Origin: a virus
IMG/VR virus record: IMGVR_UViG_3300025151_000022
Span: 24,236 to 88,235 of that record
DNA length: 64,000 nt
Reading direction: 5' to 3' (one strand)
The notes under the pieces are model-generated. The model was not told the DNA's origin. It saw only the letters and a list, made by a program, of their open reading frames with translations, and searched no databases. The stretch's first letter is position 1. Each line of letters starts with the position of its first letter. This document shows positions 1 to 9,490 of the stretch, one piece after another. A program made the translations under genes and the position numbers.

Positions 1-1517
1 CCAACTATTACATCGCCTGTTACATTTAAATCACCACCTACGGTGCCGACCCCAGAAATGTTTAAATTGTCGGCATTTATGCCAGAGTCATGTAAAGAAG
101 TTGTTCCAATATCAAATCCATTATTATGAATAGAACTATTACCAACTTCAATTCCTGTAGAATGAACTGTGGTTATTCCAACTTCAAGACCAGAGGTGTT
201 TACTGTTGTAGCTCCACCAACAGAGATGCTATTATTTGGTCCATCAAATATAATAGAACTAGTTCCAACTGTTAGAATACCAGTAACTCTTGCATCACCC
301 TGAACAACTAAGTCTTCTGTAAATGTTGTTGCTGCACCAATTTTTGCTGTAGTTGATGATGTAACACCAATGATTCGAACACCATCAGCAGTAGTTTCAA
401 TTTTTTTAGAATTGTCGTAATATAATTCAGATGCACCATCAATATTAAATCGCGCATAAGTTTCATTACCATTATCATTTTCAAGTTCAATGCTAGATGT
501 TCCTCTAATGAACATGCTTCCAACACCTACATCGACGATGTAAGCATTTAAACCATCATGAAATATTTCTAAATCATTTCCTCCACCAAATAATAATGAT
601 TGATTATTAGCAAACCGGGCAAATGTGTCAAACTTAACCCCACCAGTAGTAAATGTAGCACCACCAGAAACTATATTAGTTGCTTCTACTCTAGATATAG
701 TGCTAAGTCCAGTAGCACTTAGATTTGCAATATTAGTAGTACCTGTAAAAGTAGATACTCCAGATACATTTAAATTATCAAGTTCAGTATCTCCATCAAC
801 ATTAATTGCTTGAGTGAAATTAACATCATCAGTAAATGTAGAAAAACCAGATACATTTAAGGCCGATGCGAAGGTAGATACACCAGATACATTTAATTGA
901 TTAGTATCTAATGTTTCTTTTACATAAGAATATCTCCACCTCTTGGAGTCTGAACCTAGACTATATTGTCCATCATTCGTTGGAGTTAAACTGGATGCAA
1001 ATTCTCCGCCAATTACAACATCATCACTATCAGAATCTCCAAGATTAATTGTTCCTCCTCTAAAAGTTACAACTCCAACAAACTCTGAAGTTCCTGTAAC
1101 CTTTAAATCACCGCCAACATTTAAATTATTTTGGAATGTTGATACTCCAGCAACATTTACAGCAGGTAAAACACTCTCAAAAGTTAAATTTCCTGCACCA
1201 TCAGTAATTAATATTCCACCATACGAACCATCAACGCCTGGAAGCGTAAATGTTGTGATTCCTGATAATGAACCTGGTGCTTGTAGAGTTAAAAATGCAG
1301 ACCCATTATCCGAACCTTCAACCAAGTTAATTCCACTACCCGTGGTTGTGGTTTCTCTTGTCCAATATCGGTGAGAACCAAAAAATTTATTGCCGTCTGT
1401 CGTAGAGTTTAGACCGACATAAAGTTCATTAGTATCAAGGGTAAATGCTGGCTCCCCAGGTTGAAGCGCAGGTAAATTCGCATAATTACCCCTTTTAAAC
1501 CGAATAGGAACTGCCAT
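1..1517 (-). CDS. Tail fibre protein (5' part; runs off the left edge), Mtd/hyaluronidase-like N-terminal domain
   Basis: Not in the ORF track because it has no stop inside the window. ATG at 1517 reads MAVPIRFKRGNYANLPALQPGEPAFTLDTNELYVG..., then repeated (V/L)NVSGVSTF fibre motifs. Confidence 0.8.
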   Translation of the reverse strand, partial: MAVPIRFKRGNYANLPALQPGEPAFTLDTNELYVGLNSTTDGNKFFGSHRYWTRETTTTGSGINLVEGSDNGSAFLTLQAPGSLSGITTFTLPGVDGSYGGILITDGAGNLTFESVLPAVNVAGVSTFQNNLNVGGDLKVTGTSEFVGVVTFRGGTINLGDSDSDDVVIGGEFASSLTPTNDGQYSLGSDSKRWRYSYVKETLDTNQLNVSGVSTFASALNVSGFSTFTDDVNFTQAINVDGDTELDNLNVSGVSTFTGTTNIANLSATGLSTISRVEATNIVSGGATFTTGGVKFDTFARFANNQSLLFGGGNDLEIFHDGLNAYIVDVGVGSMFIRGTSSIELENDNGNETYARFNIDGASELYYDNSKKIETTADGVRIIGVTSSTTAKIGAATTFTEDLVVQGDARVTGILTVGTSSIIFDGPNNSISVGGATTVNTSGLEVGITTVHSTGIEVGNSSIHNNGFDIGTTSLHDSGINADNLNISGVGTVGGDLNVTGDVIV

Positions 1518-1550
1518 CTCTTACGCTGTAGAAAACTTTACCTCAAAGTG

Positions 1551-1769
1551 CTAAAAAGTGCCACCATCAATAGTTTTATTGGTGAAATTATTTAGGTCTA
1601 CATTATTAATCACAAATTCAGCAAATGTATTAGATATTGGAACAAATGCTAAAAATTCGTCTGGATCCTTGATGTCAAATTTATCATCAGTTGAATTATA
1701 TTGTAATGTTGATCTGTTTTCAGTTGGAGTGAATTTTGTATCATTAAAGTCTTGAATACGTAATGCCAT
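1551..1769 (-). CDS. Small virion-associated protein ending IDGGTF
   Basis: 72-aa ORF; C-terminal DGGxF motif is typical of cyanomyovirus fibre-associated proteins; paralogous to the next gene; 1-nt stop/start overlap. Confidence 0.65.
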   Translation of the reverse strand: MALRIQDFNDTKFTPTENRSTLQYNSTDDKFDIKDPDEFLAFVPISNTFAEFVINNVDLNNFTNKTIDGGTF

Positions 1770-2062
1770 CAGAAAGTTCCTCCATCAATATCTGGAATAA
1801 TGCCGTCAAATGTGATTTGATTTTCCAAATTAGTTATAAATCCCGAAGGAAGACTACCATCCTCAATTGCTTTAGCAAAAAGATCATCAGCAGTATTTAA
1901 ATTAAATTTTCCTGTTGTTGAATTAAACGCAATAAATCTTCCATCTTGAACAGAATCCAAAGTTCCAAAATCAGCATCCAATGCATCACGCATTCTTGTG
2001 ACTGGAACTGGACTACTAATCTTTTTTGTTGTAGTAGATTGTTTTCTGACTACGAATGCCAT
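1769..2062 (-). CDS. Small virion-associated protein ending IDGGTF
   Basis: 97-aa ORF sharing (F/Y)NSTxxKF and IDGGTF with 1551..1769. Confidence 0.65.
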   Translation of the reverse strand: MAFVVRKQSTTTKKISSPVPVTRMRDALDADFGTLDSVQDGRFIAFNSTTGKFNLNTADDLFAKAIEDGSLPSGFITNLENQITFDGIIPDIDGGTF

Positions 2063-2066
2063 TTAA

Positions 2067-2408
2067 TTACCCCGCAGTAGTGATTCCAGGACTTACGAAT
2101 GCCATACCTTCAACAAGACGAGAAATATCTCCACTACCAGAAACTAACTTCACATCATATACATATCTTCCTGGTTCAATATTAGAAGTTTGTGAACCAG
2201 TCATTGTGATTTCAACTTCTCCAGTAGCACTAGTGATTCCTACAGTAAAAGCATGAGATGATGTTGCGCCCCCATGTTTTTTTAACTGAGAATAACCACT
2301 ATAACCAGTCAAGTCTGTCGCAGAATTATCAGTTTCTTTTGATAAAAAAGATTCTGTAAAATCTGCTCCTTGCAAAATATTGATATTAATTGAAGGACTG
2401 ACCGCCAT
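2067..2408 (-). CDS. Conserved cyanophage virion structural protein (BppU/Ig-like adaptor)
   Basis: 113 aa; NINILQGADF...DLTGYS...GRYVYDV...RLVEGMAFVSPGIT pattern; late-promoter-like ATAAATA upstream. Confidence 0.7.
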   Translation of the reverse strand: MAVSPSININILQGADFTESFLSKETDNSATDLTGYSGYSQLKKHGGATSSHAFTVGITSATGEVEITMTGSQTSNIEPGRYVYDVKLVSGSGDISRLVEGMAFVSPGITTAG

Positions 2409-2433
2409 TGTATTACTTTTTTAGTTATTTATC

Positions 2434-4296
2434 TTATACTATTGGAGTAACTTCCATTAAAACCTTTCTAGCGTTGCTGCTCAGCTGATAAGATTTGTAT
2501 ATATTGTTCAAAATCACAATTCCTTTATATGTTCCGTCAACATTTAGATTATCACCTCCAAAAAGTTCTTCTGTTGCATAATTAGAACCAGCACCCCAAC
2601 CATTAGGTTGTGATGCCGAAAAAGGAGCTCCTCCTGCGCCAGCAGCACCTTGTGTTTCAGAATTAGTGCCAATAAAAGTAAAATCATTATTAATCGCGCA
2701 TTTTTGACCAGTAAAACTATTTGTACCATCATAAACTGGTATTTGAACATTATTATGAATCGTGGCACGGTTCGCGGCGATGGCAGCCGAATCTACCCAA
2801 CTGACACCAGTGAGAATGACTGTAAATCTTCGAGGAATTGTTAATATATCGCTATCAGCAGCATTCGAATAGTAATTACTAAACGTAGAAGTGTTTTGAT
2901 ATGTAACACCATTGTATGTAAAGTCGGAATAACTACCCGATATAATACTACGCGATTCCGCGTATCCATAACTACTATGATTATATATTCCCTCTGATTT
3001 ATTATTCCATGCCATCTGAGTACCCAGTCTCACATTATCATAAGATGAATACCACGAAACACCATAATCGTCCGCTATATCACTGCTATAAACCGGACTA
3101 CCATTACTTTCTTCTCTTATCACTGGAGGAAAAGAACCAGTATTTGCATCAATTTTAAAGCGATATATCCTGCCGTCACCAGGGGAAGCATATGGAGATG
3201 CAACAAATAAATTGAAAGATGCATTCGTATCTGTCAGAGCATCATCACCTGCAGATATGCTCATGCCAAAGTGTTCCTGATCGTCTTCATCACTTTCCCT
3301 ATTAGATGATGGAAAGTGGTCATAATGAAATGATACAAACCGATTTTTAAATGTTCCACTTACATCAAATTGATAGACTCTTCCTTGTCTATACCAAGTA
3401 TTATTACCATCATCACGAGCACTCGGAGCACCAGCAAAAATTTGACCACGATGTATGCATACTGAATATCCAAAATGTGCGTTCTGTCTTTTAATATCAT
3501 AAGTGCCACCATCGAACTCTGAAGATGGGATGCTTAATCTATTTTCTCCTGTCCCATCTAAATTAAAAATAAAAACTGCTCCTTCGCGTGATCCAGTAGA
3601 TGCACTTGAATCCGAAGTGCTTTGAAATGCTGGAGCACCTACAACAATTTTACCACTTCCTATACCAACAGAATGACCAAATTGTCCTCCAATTTCATTA
3701 CTTGATGGAGTAATTATAGTTTGATTACTGCCATCTAAATCCCAAACATACACTCTACCTGCAGTGTCAGTTGGCCACGAAGCTGGATCAGTCCCACTTG
3801 AATTTTCAACTCGTTTAGTTCCTCTATCTCCAACAGCGATCTTTCCTTCTCCTACTGCAACAGAAAATCCCCAACTTGTAGATGCTACTCCAACTGGTCT
3901 AGGAATAAAAGTATATCCAGTGGAACCAAAACCAATATTGCCGTGGTCTCCAAAACCACCATGTTCTTGATAGATATCAAGATCTCCATTGTAAACACGA
4001 ACTCCTTCTGGGGAAGTAATTGCAAGTACAGTGCTACTTGGATCTGGATCTGCGACAATTGCTCTACCAAGTCCTTCAGATTCTGATACGCAAAGTGCCT
4101 TCATAACATAATCAAAGTCTTTAGTTTTTGGTAAAGGAGTTGCTGGAGGAGCAGGAGTTACTGTACCATCAGCAAATTTAAATTCAGGTCCACCACCATC
4201 AGGAAAAATCCAAACGTTGTCTGTGGATTCCCATTCAGATTCTTTTTGAAGTGAAAAAACTTCGTTTAAAGATAATACTCCTCTAAGATCTGACAT
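2434..4296 (-). CDS. Putative tail adhesin with FG-GAP-like beta-propeller repeats
   Basis: 620 aa; repeats FGxSVxI...IxVGAP...GxVYxFxLDG. Confidence 0.7.
   Translation of the reverse strand: MSDLRGVLSLNEVFSLQKESEWESTDNVWIFPDGGGPEFKFADGTVTPAPPATPLPKTKDFDYVMKALCVSESEGLGRAIVADPDPSSTVLAITSPEGVRVYNGDLDIYQEHGGFGDHGNIGFGSTGYTFIPRPVGVASTSWGFSVAVGEGKIAVGDRGTKRVENSSGTDPASWPTDTAGRVYVWDLDGSNQTIITPSSNEIGGQFGHSVGIGSGKIVVGAPAFQSTSDSSASTGSREGAVFIFNLDGTGENRLSIPSSEFDGGTYDIKRQNAHFGYSVCIHRGQIFAGAPSARDDGNNTWYRQGRVYQFDVSGTFKNRFVSFHYDHFPSSNRESDEDDQEHFGMSISAGDDALTDTNASFNLFVASPYASPGDGRIYRFKIDANTGSFPPVIREESNGSPVYSSDIADDYGVSWYSSYDNVRLGTQMAWNNKSEGIYNHSSYGYAESRSIISGSYSDFTYNGVTYQNTSTFSNYYSNAADSDILTIPRRFTVILTGVSWVDSAAIAANRATIHNNVQIPVYDGTNSFTGQKCAINNDFTFIGTNSETQGAAGAGGAPFSASQPNGWGAGSNYATEELFGGDNLNVDGTYKGIVILNNIYKSYQLSSNARKVLMEVTPIV
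4132..4233. repeat. About 100-bp direct repeat, copy 1 (shared N-terminal coding segment)
   Basis: Encodes WESTDNVWIFPDGGGPEFKFADGTVTPAPPATPL; DNA nearly identical to 5677..5778 (both contain ccatcaggaaaaatccaaacgttgtctg). Confidence 0.9.
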
Positions 4297-4326
4297 TTAT
4301 ACTGCAATAGAATAATCTTTATATAT

Positions 4327-5835
4327 TTAGAGAATAGGAGGAAATGGCATCATTTGCCAATTATCCTCAACATCATTCACTAACCTTTCTGCATATAATG
4401 CTCCATTTAGGTTTCCAGATGCGTGATTATTACCCACTAAAATATGCCTTTCTATACCATCGAATGGTGGTTGCTCATGAGCAGGATCATATTCACTCAG
4501 AGACACAGTAACAGAACTCCAATAACCGGTGCCAACAAAACTAGTTGTCTTATAGTAAATTCTATTTGTTCCCGGAGCCATAACCATGTTTAGTGAGCTG
4601 ATACTGGATCCACCATTCGATAGTCGGGCTCGGTATGTTCCAATATTGCTGCGATGACCAAACATATCACCTCTTTGGAAAAGATCATTATATGCCCAAT
4701 CCTTATAAGTTCCAGCCATTATGTATTCTCCTGCTGAAGTAGAACCCGGAATACTTGAATGATAAATTACTCCACTTTTATCTTTAGATCCAGTACCAAA
4801 AGAACTAGTTTGTTCATCACACTCACTAGATCCGCAAACAAATTTTCCATTTTTTGCAGCAACATGATAACCCATACGATCATAAGAAGTGACTCCATCA
4901 CCATAATTGTCAGATGCATCATCAGGATCTTCAGCAAAATGCCAAGTTTCGCCAGTACCATCGAGTTTATATGTAAATACTTCTCCATGATAATATCGTA
5001 TAAAATCTTGTGAACCTCCTGGAGCTCCGACTACAATACGACCATTACTTATAGCTACACTATATCCAAAGAGTATATCATATGCATTGTAATTTTCAGT
5101 ACCAGCTCTAGTGAGAGCATTTGCAGAAGGTTGTATTTTAAATTCACCAGTGCCATCTAAATTATAAACATACACTGCTCCAGCATTGGTGTCATTTCTA
5201 GAACCATATACTTTAGTTTCATTTGGGTTGCCAATTGCAACCTTACCATCTCCACAGGCACATATTTTTCCGAAATCATCGGCAATTCCTCCAGTTCCTG
5301 TACCTGCTTTGTCTATGTTTACATACCCAGTTCCATCATAATTCCATAAATGAGCTCCAGTAGTACTACTAACGCAAATCTTTTCATTGGTGGTGTCAAC
5401 TGTTAAATAATCGCCCCAGGCATCATCAGTTTCTGCATTAGCATAACTTATTTTTCTTAAAGCACCTGGGGGATAATCATCAGGATTTGTTGAAATAGTA
5501 ACTTCTTCATTAGAAGAATCCCAAACAAATATACTTTGTTTTCTATATATTAAAATACTATTAGTATTACTCTTAGCAGCTAAAAAAACAAGATCATCAG
5601 TCGCATATATTCCTCTCACTCTAGGGAAGGAAGCGACAATATCAAAATTTATACCTATTTTTGCGAGAGTCATACCTAAGGGAGTGGCAGGTGGCGCAGG
5701 AGTTACTGTACCATCAATAAATTTAAATTCGGGTCCACCGCCATCAGGAAAAATCCAAACGTTGTCTGCAGATTCCCAGGTATTTTCGACAGCTTTTTCA
5801 TTTGCTTCAGTTAAAGTAAATACTCCTGCTGACAT
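4327..5835 (-). CDS. Putative tail adhesin with FG-GAP-like beta-propeller repeats (paralog of 2434..4296)
   Basis: 502 aa; FGYSVAISNGRIVVGAPG and GAVYVYNLDGTGE repeats; near-identical N-terminal segment. Confidence 0.7.
   Translation of the reverse strand: MSAGVFTLTEANEKAVENTWESADNVWIFPDGGGPEFKFIDGTVTPAPPATPLGMTLAKIGINFDIVASFPRVRGIYATDDLVFLAAKSNTNSILIYRKQSIFVWDSSNEEVTISTNPDDYPPGALRKISYANAETDDAWGDYLTVDTTNEKICVSSTTGAHLWNYDGTGYVNIDKAGTGTGGIADDFGKICACGDGKVAIGNPNETKVYGSRNDTNAGAVYVYNLDGTGEFKIQPSANALTRAGTENYNAYDILFGYSVAISNGRIVVGAPGGSQDFIRYYHGEVFTYKLDGTGETWHFAEDPDDASDNYGDGVTSYDRMGYHVAAKNGKFVCGSSECDEQTSSFGTGSKDKSGVIYHSSIPGSTSAGEYIMAGTYKDWAYNDLFQRGDMFGHRSNIGTYRARLSNGGSSISSLNMVMAPGTNRIYYKTTSFVGTGYWSSVTVSLSEYDPAHEQPPFDGIERHILVGNNHASGNLNGALYAERLVNDVEDNWQMMPFPPIL
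5677..5778. repeat. About 100-bp direct repeat, copy 2
   Basis: Encodes WESADNVWIFPDGGGPEFKFIDGTVTPAPPATPL. Confidence 0.9.
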
Positions 5836-5860
5836 TTTACCACTTTTCTAGTTATTTATC

Positions 5861-6535
5861 TTAGTTTTCAACCTTGATATTATATTTTTTTGAAAGTTTT
5901 TCATTTTGTTTTTCTAAAGAAGCAAAACCTTGAACTGTCAACCATGTTACGATAGAATATCTAGTTCCTTTGGTCACTGGTTCAACTCCATGCAAAAAAT
6001 AATGGTTAGAGGGGAAACAAACCAACATACCTTTCTCTGGTCTAATTCTAATTCCACACTCAGGAAAAATTAAATCACCACCTTCAAAATCTTTTCCACC
6101 ATCATTTAAAAAAAATATCATAGATAAATCTCTATCGACACTTTTTTTGAAAATTGGACCATCAGGAGAATTCCATAAAGCTTCTCCATCAACGTGAGGT
6201 CGGTAGTGTCCACCAGGTTTATATATTAATAATTGGGGTAATTCTCCATCAAGTACATTTATACCATAAAATTGATTAACAATATTTTTTACACTATGAA
6301 AAAGTAATTCTTTTAAACCCGAATAAATGGGTTCTATAGGAACAGTTTGTGTATTTCTGATATTTTTATCCGTTCTCCATTTTGGTTCTTTACTAGATTT
6401 ATTAGTTTTTTCGGGGTCAAAGATAGATAAATCTGAAATTTCTGAAGAATTTTCAATATGAGAAACTATTTCTTTTATTCCTCGTTCAGAAATAACATTT
6501 CTTTCTATTAAAATATTTGAAAGTAGTTTGTTCAT
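5861..6535 (-). CDS. 2OG-Fe(II) oxygenase, prolyl-4-hydroxylase-like
   Basis: YKPGGHYRPHVD (HxD), LSMIFFLND, FEGGDLIF, HGVEPVTKGTRYSIVTW (distal His, 2OG-binding Arg). Confidence 0.85.
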   Translation of the reverse strand: MNKLLSNILIERNVISERGIKEIVSHIENSSEISDLSIFDPEKTNKSSKEPKWRTDKNIRNTQTVPIEPIYSGLKELLFHSVKNIVNQFYGINVLDGELPQLLIYKPGGHYRPHVDGEALWNSPDGPIFKKSVDRDLSMIFFLNDGGKDFEGGDLIFPECGIRIRPEKGMLVCFPSNHYFLHGVEPVTKGTRYSIVTWLTVQGFASLEKQNEKLSKKYNIKVEN

Positions 6536-6984
6536 TGCATACGAAATATGGTAAATGTTACAGACAAATCATTACCAAAAGAATGCCAAAGATTTGAACG
6601 AAATAAGACTAATTTATTATACTTTGATTGTATATTTGCATATTGATTCCATAAATTAATTTCATTTGATACATTATATTGCTCATGTATGGATTCATTT
6701 GGACAATATTCAAGTCCAGTTTCTTTATGCGAAAAAAACTTTAATACTAGTTTCTTTGCATTAAGTGATAGTGGATCATCTAAGAAGTGAACTCCAGTCC
6801 ATCTACTATTATTGTCTGATATAACTCCTCTAGAAACTTCTTTGTCAGTCGAAAAAGATTTAATTTCTACTTTTTCATTTAAAATCTGAGAAATTCTTTT
6901 TGGAACTTCATCAAATACTTGTTTGAATGAAATTTTTTCAACACCATCAATAAAATTGTCTACTATAATAATATTCCGATCCAT
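6532..6984 (-). CDS. Degenerate DUF6445-like (2OG-oxygenase fold) protein
   Basis: Paralog of 9487..10110 (IIIVDNF...KYNKLVLFRSNLWHS) but has ISD in place of HVD. Confidence 0.6.
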   Translation of the reverse strand: MDRNIIIVDNFIDGVEKISFKQVFDEVPKRISQILNEKVEIKSFSTDKEVSRGVISDNNSRWTGVHFLDDPLSLNAKKLVLKFFSHKETGLEYCPNESIHEQYNVSNEINLWNQYANIQSKYNKLVLFRSNLWHSFGNDLSVTFTIFRMQ

Positions 6985-6989
6985 TAAAT

Positions 6990-8834
6990 TTAATCTTCAT
7001 AATATCTTTGGGAAGTATTTGTTCTACTATTAAAATATCCTCCAACCTCATTATCATCACCTTTTAATTTAAGTTGATTTTTTTCTTCAAATGCTTTGAG
7101 AGCACCTGTTCCAAGATCAACACCTGTAAGTTTTTCGTATCCGCGCATCACTTTAGTTTCTAAATCTTTAATGAATTCATCTCTTCCTTCTTGAGAAAGA
7201 AGTTTATCAATAGACAAGTAACCTTCTTTCAGATTATTTCTTTCGTCAATAAGTGATGGTGCAGAAGCACGTCTCATTGCCTGTAAATTTCCACCAGAAA
7301 TACCAGTTCTACTGGACATTAAATCATCAAGTGCTTGTTCTGCAAGACGAGTATCCCAATATTCCTCATTTTCTTCTAAGAATTGTTCTCTTGTTGGAGG
7401 AGTGCCTCCATTTCTTTCTACCAGTTTGTCGAGAATTTTATCAAATAATTCTAATTGATGTAAACGATCTCTAATCTCATTCTCTGAAGTTTTTAAATAA
7501 TGCATTAGTTGAAGTTCTTCCAAATCATACCAATGGGGAACTTTATACTTATCAGAAGATTTTTGATCACCTTCATCTCCATCTGCAGAATAGAGAAGAG
7601 GTTTAGATTTATCATGATGATCTTTCCACTTAAATTCAAAATTACGAACTGTTCTTTTCATATCAATTAATTTATGCATATATCCTTCCGCCATAATTCG
7701 ACGTTCTTTCAAGATATGCTCAAAAGTAACTGAAATATTGTGAGTATTTAAAGTAATAAATTTTTCAATCTGGAAGTTAGTTCTCCCCTGCGCCATTTCT
7801 TTATCACTTTCTTCCCACTTTAATACATTTGCAGATGCTTGACGAAGATAATCATCATTTTCAACAGCTTCTCTTGCACTAAGAGGTCTGTAACTTAAAG
7901 AACTTTCTTCATTCATCATGGTATTTTCGGTAAATTTTGAAATTAATAAATTCCACTGATTAGCAATGGTTTTCCAATCATATTTTTCAGAAACATAATC
8001 AGAAATAGTTTTTGAGACTTTTTGATAAAACGATTTATCTCTATCAAAATAATCTAATAAGGAACAACAAGTCTCGGTGAATTTATTTATAAAGTTTTCT
8101 GAAACCTTGTAACCCGTATTGGTAGATTCTCCATCAATTGGAACAACAACTGAATTTTGTTTTCCAGCAACTTCATTTAGTGCTCCGATATCAGTGATGA
8201 TTGGAAATGCTCCACATTTCATTGCTTCTATCATAGAAACGCAAAAAGTTTCTTCCCATATACAAGGATGTACAAAAAAAGCAGATTCTTGATAGTGTTC
8301 GATAAGTTTTTCCCTATCAACTGCAGAAGAATACTCTACATTTGGTAATCTTTTTAGATAATTATATACTTCTTGATATGTATCTTCCATATCATCTCCA
8401 TACAATGACATAGAAGAAAATATTTTAAATTTTACATCGGGATGTTTTTCCAATACTCGTGGAATAATTTTAGACAAAACTTCTAGTCCTTTATATGGAA
8501 TAGAAGTGAAAATCATAGTCTTACTTTTTCTTTGAGAATACTTAAACATATCCGCAACTCCATTTGGAATTACAGTAATTTTTTCTTCAGGAACATTGTG
8601 ATATTTAATAAACATATCTTTATTCCATTGAGATGGGGATACGATATGATTTACAATATTATGATCAAAATTTAAAAATATTCTCTGATCATATGCATGG
8701 TGTGCCCATAAAATCTTAATAGGATGATTTGACTCTAAAATGTACGAAGGTAAATGTGATACAAACACATTTTTGGGAAATTTATAATGTTCTTGAAGAT
8801 AATAGTAAGAAGTTTCAGTTGCTCCAGATTTCAT
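6990..8834 (-). CDS. GT-B (GT4-like) glycosyltransferase fused to a C-terminal helical/coiled-coil domain
   Basis: VIPNGV, YKGLEVL and ETFCVSMIEAMKCG (E-x7-E) in the first ~300 aa; charged helical second half. Confidence 0.85.
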   Translation of the reverse strand: MKSGATETSYYYLQEHYKFPKNVFVSHLPSYILESNHPIKILWAHHAYDQRIFLNFDHNIVNHIVSPSQWNKDMFIKYHNVPEEKITVIPNGVADMFKYSQRKSKTMIFTSIPYKGLEVLSKIIPRVLEKHPDVKFKIFSSMSLYGDDMEDTYQEVYNYLKRLPNVEYSSAVDREKLIEHYQESAFFVHPCIWEETFCVSMIEAMKCGAFPIITDIGALNEVAGKQNSVVVPIDGESTNTGYKVSENFINKFTETCCSLLDYFDRDKSFYQKVSKTISDYVSEKYDWKTIANQWNLLISKFTENTMMNEESSLSYRPLSAREAVENDDYLRQASANVLKWEESDKEMAQGRTNFQIEKFITLNTHNISVTFEHILKERRIMAEGYMHKLIDMKRTVRNFEFKWKDHHDKSKPLLYSADGDEGDQKSSDKYKVPHWYDLEELQLMHYLKTSENEIRDRLHQLELFDKILDKLVERNGGTPPTREQFLEENEEYWDTRLAEQALDDLMSSRTGISGGNLQAMRRASAPSLIDERNNLKEGYLSIDKLLSQEGRDEFIKDLETKVMRGYEKLTGVDLGTGALKAFEEKNQLKLKGDDNEVGGYFNSRTNTSQRYYED

Positions 8835-9490
8835 TGTTCTTCTCCATAAATGTGATATCCAGTATGATTTAATTTTATTGAGACATCAAGCCATATATCA
8901 TAACCAACTTGATTTGCTCTATGAAAAAATGATTTATCTTCCGATAAAAATGTATTACCTCTCTTATATTCCGAAAAATAGTGATATGAGTTTTTTATTT
9001 CATTTGGACTATGTGGGTATTCAGTATGATAATCTGTTGGAATATATTTTAAACCTGGATATTTCATTGCAATATCGACAAAAACTTTACGATGAATTAA
9101 TGCAAACCCCAAACCATTTCCATAAATCTTAACTAAATCACCTCTTCTTTCTTCTGGTTCATATGGATTAAAGCAATATTTTGTTGGCAAAGTTTTCATT
9201 GGATATGCCCCAGTAACAATTGGAAGTTTATATGAAATTAATTTCATAACATCTTCTTTTTGAAACCCAATATCACTATCTAAGAAAAACAAATACTCAT
9301 GATCAGTATTATTCAAGAAAAAATTAACTATTCTTGATCTTCCCTGAGAAATTAAAGAAGAATTTGATAGACTCAAAATTGAATGAGGAATATCATTTCT
9401 TACAAATTCTTTACCAAGATTGAACAATCCAATAGTAGTTTGTTCAGATACATTTCCGCCCCCGCATGGGAGTCCTATCATTATACTCAT
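8831..9490 (-). CDS. GT-A-fold glycosyltransferase-like protein
   Basis: SLISQGRSRIV, YLFFLDSDIGF (DxD), GLGFALIHRKVF, LSEDKSFF, HTG. Confidence 0.8.
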   Translation of the reverse strand: MSIMIGLPCGGGNVSEQTTIGLFNLGKEFVRNDIPHSILSLSNSSLISQGRSRIVNFFLNNTDHEYLFFLDSDIGFQKEDVMKLISYKLPIVTGAYPMKTLPTKYCFNPYEPEERRGDLVKIYGNGLGFALIHRKVFVDIAMKYPGLKYIPTDYHTEYPHSPNEIKNSYHYFSEYKRGNTFLSEDKSFFHRANQVGYDIWLDVSIKLNHTGYHIYGEEQ

